Source: an uncultured Advenella sp. (GTDB lineage Bacteria > Pseudomonadota > Gammaproteobacteria > Burkholderiales > Burkholderiaceae_B). From it: a stretch of 64,000 bases of DNA. The notes under the pieces are model-generated. The model searched no databases and had not been told where the DNA came from. It was given only the letters and a program-made list of their open reading frames with translations. The stretch is taken from contig CAZPNE010000002.1 in NCBI GenBank assembly GCA_964588255.1, positions 15,757 through 79,756 on the forward strand, written 5' to 3'. Below are positions 61,020 through 64,000 of this stretch, piece by piece (positions within the stretch are counted from its first letter, which is position 1; every line of letters begins with the position of its first letter). Made by a program: the position numbers and the translations under genes.

Positions 61020-62642
61020 ATGGATGAAAAAAAACAGGAAGGTATTCAATCTTCAGATAATAAAGAACTGAATACGCCAGAAGAAAGTCAGCACAATAAT
61101 ACGCCAGATAATATTAAGCCTGAAGCAGCGCAGATTGATGTTGAACAAGAGCAATCTGCGCCTCAGGAAAACAAGGCTTCTTTAGTATCAACATCAGGCC
61201 AGAAGTCTGGCATTAATAAAAGGGTGGTTGGTGCTGCAGTGGTTGTTGTGGCAGCCGTTGTGGGCGGGGCTGTTTACGTGACTCAGCAATCTAAAATCGA
61301 TGGTATGTGGTCAAAGGGTGATGCAAGTTCCAGTACACAACAGCTTGCTAACACGCCTGAGCCTGTTTCCAGTACTCCAGAGCCAGAAATACCACAAAGT
61401 AGTGTTCAGGCAGCGGCAGGTCAAGAGCCTGCGGCAAGCGATAATAACCTTGCGGTTACGGCGGATGCAGAGTCTGCGCAGGCAGGTTCTGCAACACTTG
61501 ATACCACTACCGGACAATCTGCAACATCAGTAGAAAATGAAACGGCTACCAGTGAAGACAGCACGGCAGAGCAGGCACAATCAGTCGCTTCAGAAGAAAG
61601 CGCTTTGGCTGAAGCAACCCAAAGTGGGGAGCAAGATGGTGTTGTTAATGCCGATTCAACGGGCACAGACGCTAAGTCAGGCAATGCAGAAGCCGTTACG
61701 GATGCAGGTAATGCAAGTGACGTGACGGGTATGGTAAAAGTGCAACTGGACCAGCAAACCGGGCAGATCAACCAGCTTAAGGCTGAATTGAAGCAAATGC
61801 AGGAACAGTACACTGAATTGCTGGAGCAACGGGTAAACAGGGCGGATATTGATGTTAGCCTGTTTGTCGTGAATGATGTTGCCCGTCTGGTTCAATCTGC
61901 TGATAATGAACTGAGTATTGCCGGCAACCTGCCTAATGCCGTTCGTGCATTGGAAATGGCCCAGCAAACGATCCGACGAGCAGATAGCCCTATCCTTTCC
62001 GGGCTGGCAGGTGCGATTGCTTCTGATATCGTGATGCTTAAATCGGCACCGGTGATGAATGAAGATACCCTGTTCAATGAAGTGGGCAAGTTAATTGAAT
62101 TGCTCGACAAGGCACCGCTGGTTTCACCAGACAGGGTAGATCATATTTCGACTGTTTTACCAGACAACACCAGCCTTCAGTCAAGTGGGCAAGATGTGCC
62201 GGCAACGGTCAGCCCAGACTTGAACTGGTATGAAAAAGCCTGGGAAGAAGTCAAATCCTGGTCTTCTGGTGCGATGAATATGCTGAAGTCCGATCTGGGT
62301 GGTCTGGTACGTGTTGAGCAACTGGATGATCCAACGGTAGCCTTGATGTCCACCGGACAAGCGGCAGCGCTTAAAAACAATCTCAAGCTTGATTTGCGAT
62401 TTGCCCAGCAGGGTTTGTTGAACGCCCAGCAGGGAATCTGGACCAGCTCACTAGAATCAGTACAGGCAGCTTTGCTTAAATATTATAACCAGGATGCGCC
62501 AGAAACCCGTCAAGCACTAGAACAGACCCGTACCTTGCTGGCAATACCGGTAAGGCCTCAATTGCCACAAATTACACATAGTGCAAAAGCGATTGAGGAA
62601 ACCAGAAACCAGATTATCAATCTGGGCAAACCGCAGGAGTAA
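61020..62642 (+). CDS. hemX: HemX-family membrane protein with long low-complexity linker
   Basis: Single TM segment, coiled coil, HemX-like C-terminal region; hemCDXY order; ATG at 61020. Confidence 0.75.
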   Translation: MDEKKQEGIQSSDNKELNTPEESQHNNTPDNIKPEAAQIDVEQEQSAPQENKASLVSTSGQKSGINKRVVGAAVVVVAAVVGGAVYVTQQSKIDGMWSKGDASSSTQQLANTPEPVSSTPEPEIPQSSVQAAAGQEPAASDNNLAVTADAESAQAGSATLDTTTGQSATSVENETATSEDSTAEQAQSVASEESALAEATQSGEQDGVVNADSTGTDAKSGNAEAVTDAGNASDVTGMVKVQLDQQTGQINQLKAELKQMQEQYTELLEQRVNRADIDVSLFVVNDVARLVQSADNELSIAGNLPNAVRALEMAQQTIRRADSPILSGLAGAIASDIVMLKSAPVMNEDTLFNEVGKLIELLDKAPLVSPDRVDHISTVLPDNTSLQSSGQDVPATVSPDLNWYEKAWEEVKSWSSGAMNMLKSDLGGLVRVEQLDDPTVALMSTGQAAALKNNLKLDLRFAQQGLLNAQQGIWTSSLESVQAALLKYYNQDAPETRQALEQTRTLLAIPVRPQLPQITHSAKAIEETRNQIINLGKPQE

Positions 62643-62645
62643 GCC

Positions 62646-64000
62646 ATGAGGACAGGTTTAAAATTACTTGTGCTACTCGCGCTAGCTGTGGGTTTTGCAC
62701 TTATTATTAAAGATTCAAGTGGTTACTTCATGCTGGTAACCGGCGACGAGCGTCGTACGGTTTCTTTAGTGACGGGTGTGTTCCTGCTGCTTATCGCATT
62801 TTTGCTGGCTTATTTGCTGGTCAGGTTTATTGCCACTTTAAGTGCTTCACCTACGACATTTAAGCAGTGGCGGGTACGGCGTCATACCAGTAAAGATGTT
62901 GATTTGCTTGAAAAAGGCTGGCTTGAATTAATTGAAGGTCGTGCGGGGTCTGCAGAAAAAGACTTTACACGCCTGTTCAATCATAGTCACAACCCGTCGC
63001 GTCAAGCAATTGCCAGTCTGGCGGGTGCCAAGGCGGCACATATGTCGGGCCATCATGAGCAACGCGACAAGCTGTTGTTGTTGGCTGAAAACAAGTCCAG
63101 GCATCTTCCCCGTCTTGCTGAAGCAACCGCCACGGTCAAGGCCGAGTTGTTGCTGGATCAGGGTGAGTCCAAACAGGCACAAACATTGCTTGAGGCACTT
63201 GATACAGCTAATGGCAGTAATCAGGAGCATATTCAGAAATTGTTGCTGCGGGCTTACAAGCAAACCGGAAACAATGAAAAATTATTGCCATTGGCCCGTA
63301 TTATGCTGAAAAAAGGCCGCGTTGACCGTTTTGAGGCATTAAGGCTGATTGAGCATGCAGCGGCTGGCAATATTAACAGCGCAGCCCCTGATGAATGGCA
63401 ATATGTCTGGAAAAGCCTGAATGGTGATGAAAAAACAATGCCTTTGGTGGCATTGGCTGCCGCTGCGCGCTTTGATCTCAAAGGTGATAGTAAAAATGCA
63501 GGCAAGGTGCTGGAAGAGGCCTTGGCAATTACCAAAGATACCCGCTTGCTGAAGGCTTATGTGCAAACAGCAGGTGAATCGGTTCATGACCGTTTGGCGA
63601 TGGCACAAACCTGGTTGAAAAAAGATGGCAATAACCCTGAGCTATTAACTGCATTGGGTTATTTGTGCCTGAAGGGGCAGTTGTGGGGGCAGGCCGAACG
63701 CTATCTTACACGTAGTCTGGCCATTAGCGGTGAAGTGGGTGCGCAAACAGAGGCAATCCAGGAGACCGTGGTGTCACGTGATGAAGCCCTGACCCATGCA
63801 TTGTTGGGAACCCTGTATGACCGGCTTGGGCGCGCGCAAGATGCCATCAAGCACTGGCGTATTGCTTCAACGGCTACTTCCGCATTACCCGTGTTAAATA
63901 GTGATAGTATTTTGCCGGCGGCAGATACAACTGAGGATCCGGATGGTCCGCCAGACAGGAAAAAACTTGATAATCTGGATGACCGCATTATGTCGACTAA
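62646..64000 (+). CDS. hemY: HemY-family (HemY_N + TPR) protein; runs off the right edge
   Basis: Hand translation begins MRTGLKLLVLLALAVGFALIIKDSSGYFMLV; later LGYLCLKGQLWGQAERYL TPR-like segment; GGAG SD. The terminal TAA at 63998 is out of frame. Confidence 0.85.
   Translation, partial: MRTGLKLLVLLALAVGFALIIKDSSGYFMLVTGDERRTVSLVTGVFLLLIAFLLAYLLVRFIATLSASPTTFKQWRVRRHTSKDVDLLEKGWLELIEGRAGSAEKDFTRLFNHSHNPSRQAIASLAGAKAAHMSGHHEQRDKLLLLAENKSRHLPRLAEATATVKAELLLDQGESKQAQTLLEALDTANGSNQEHIQKLLLRAYKQTGNNEKLLPLARIMLKKGRVDRFEALRLIEHAAAGNINSAAPDEWQYVWKSLNGDEKTMPLVALAAAARFDLKGDSKNAGKVLEEALAITKDTRLLKAYVQTAGESVHDRLAMAQTWLKKDGNNPELLTALGYLCLKGQLWGQAERYLTRSLAISGEVGAQTEAIQETVVSRDEALTHALLGTLYDRLGRAQDAIKHWRIASTATSALPVLNSDSILPAADTTEDPDGPPDRKKLDNLDDRIMST

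Noticed and set aside
63998-64000. TAA at the window end as the hemY stop
   Set aside because: It is out of frame with ATG 62646; the gene continues beyond the window.
1-64000. CRISPR arrays, tRNA/rRNA genes, IS elements, prophage or defence genes
   Set aside because: No regularly spaced repeats, cloverleaf motifs, transposase/integrase or phage ORFs were seen by eye; short or degenerate elements could have been missed.

Overview
Mostly core chromosome of a moderate-GC betaproteobacterium. Gene content and order (surE-pcm-nlpD-exonuclease-rlmD without rpoS; DUF2889-sucCD-terC; hemCDXY) suggest Burkholderiales, probably Alcaligenaceae, but this is inference. The window holds about 50 genes, mostly on the + strand: purine synthesis (purL, guaB, guaA), cysK, metR/metE, sucCD, hemCDXY, tsaD, plsY, dinB, rlmD, cfa and transporters. 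I found no rRNA, tRNA, CRISPR array, integrase or transposase. Most notable: (1) a ~4.5 kb integrase-less islet at the 3' end of guaA, bounded by a near-repeat of the last guaA codons, carrying a high-GC atypical PurC paralogue, a second MetR and the folate-independent MesX/MesD methionine synthase pair, about 17 kb from the canonical metR-metE; (2) a yybP-ykoY (Mn2+) riboswitch and UPF0016 exporter followed by a tightly coupled 10-gene run that includes Fe- and Ca-type exporters; (3) an isolated DnaA-box/IHF element between wrbA and cysK; (4) an unrecognised multi-stem RNA-like structure at ~2.2 kb and two CU-rich 3'-UTR sRNA candidates; (5) small ORFs missing from the ORF track (a 44-aa lipoprotein, a 31-aa pilin-like remnant, a 21-aa hydrophobic peptide) and an apparent pseudo-esterase. 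All calls come from reading motifs by eye; no database searches were run.
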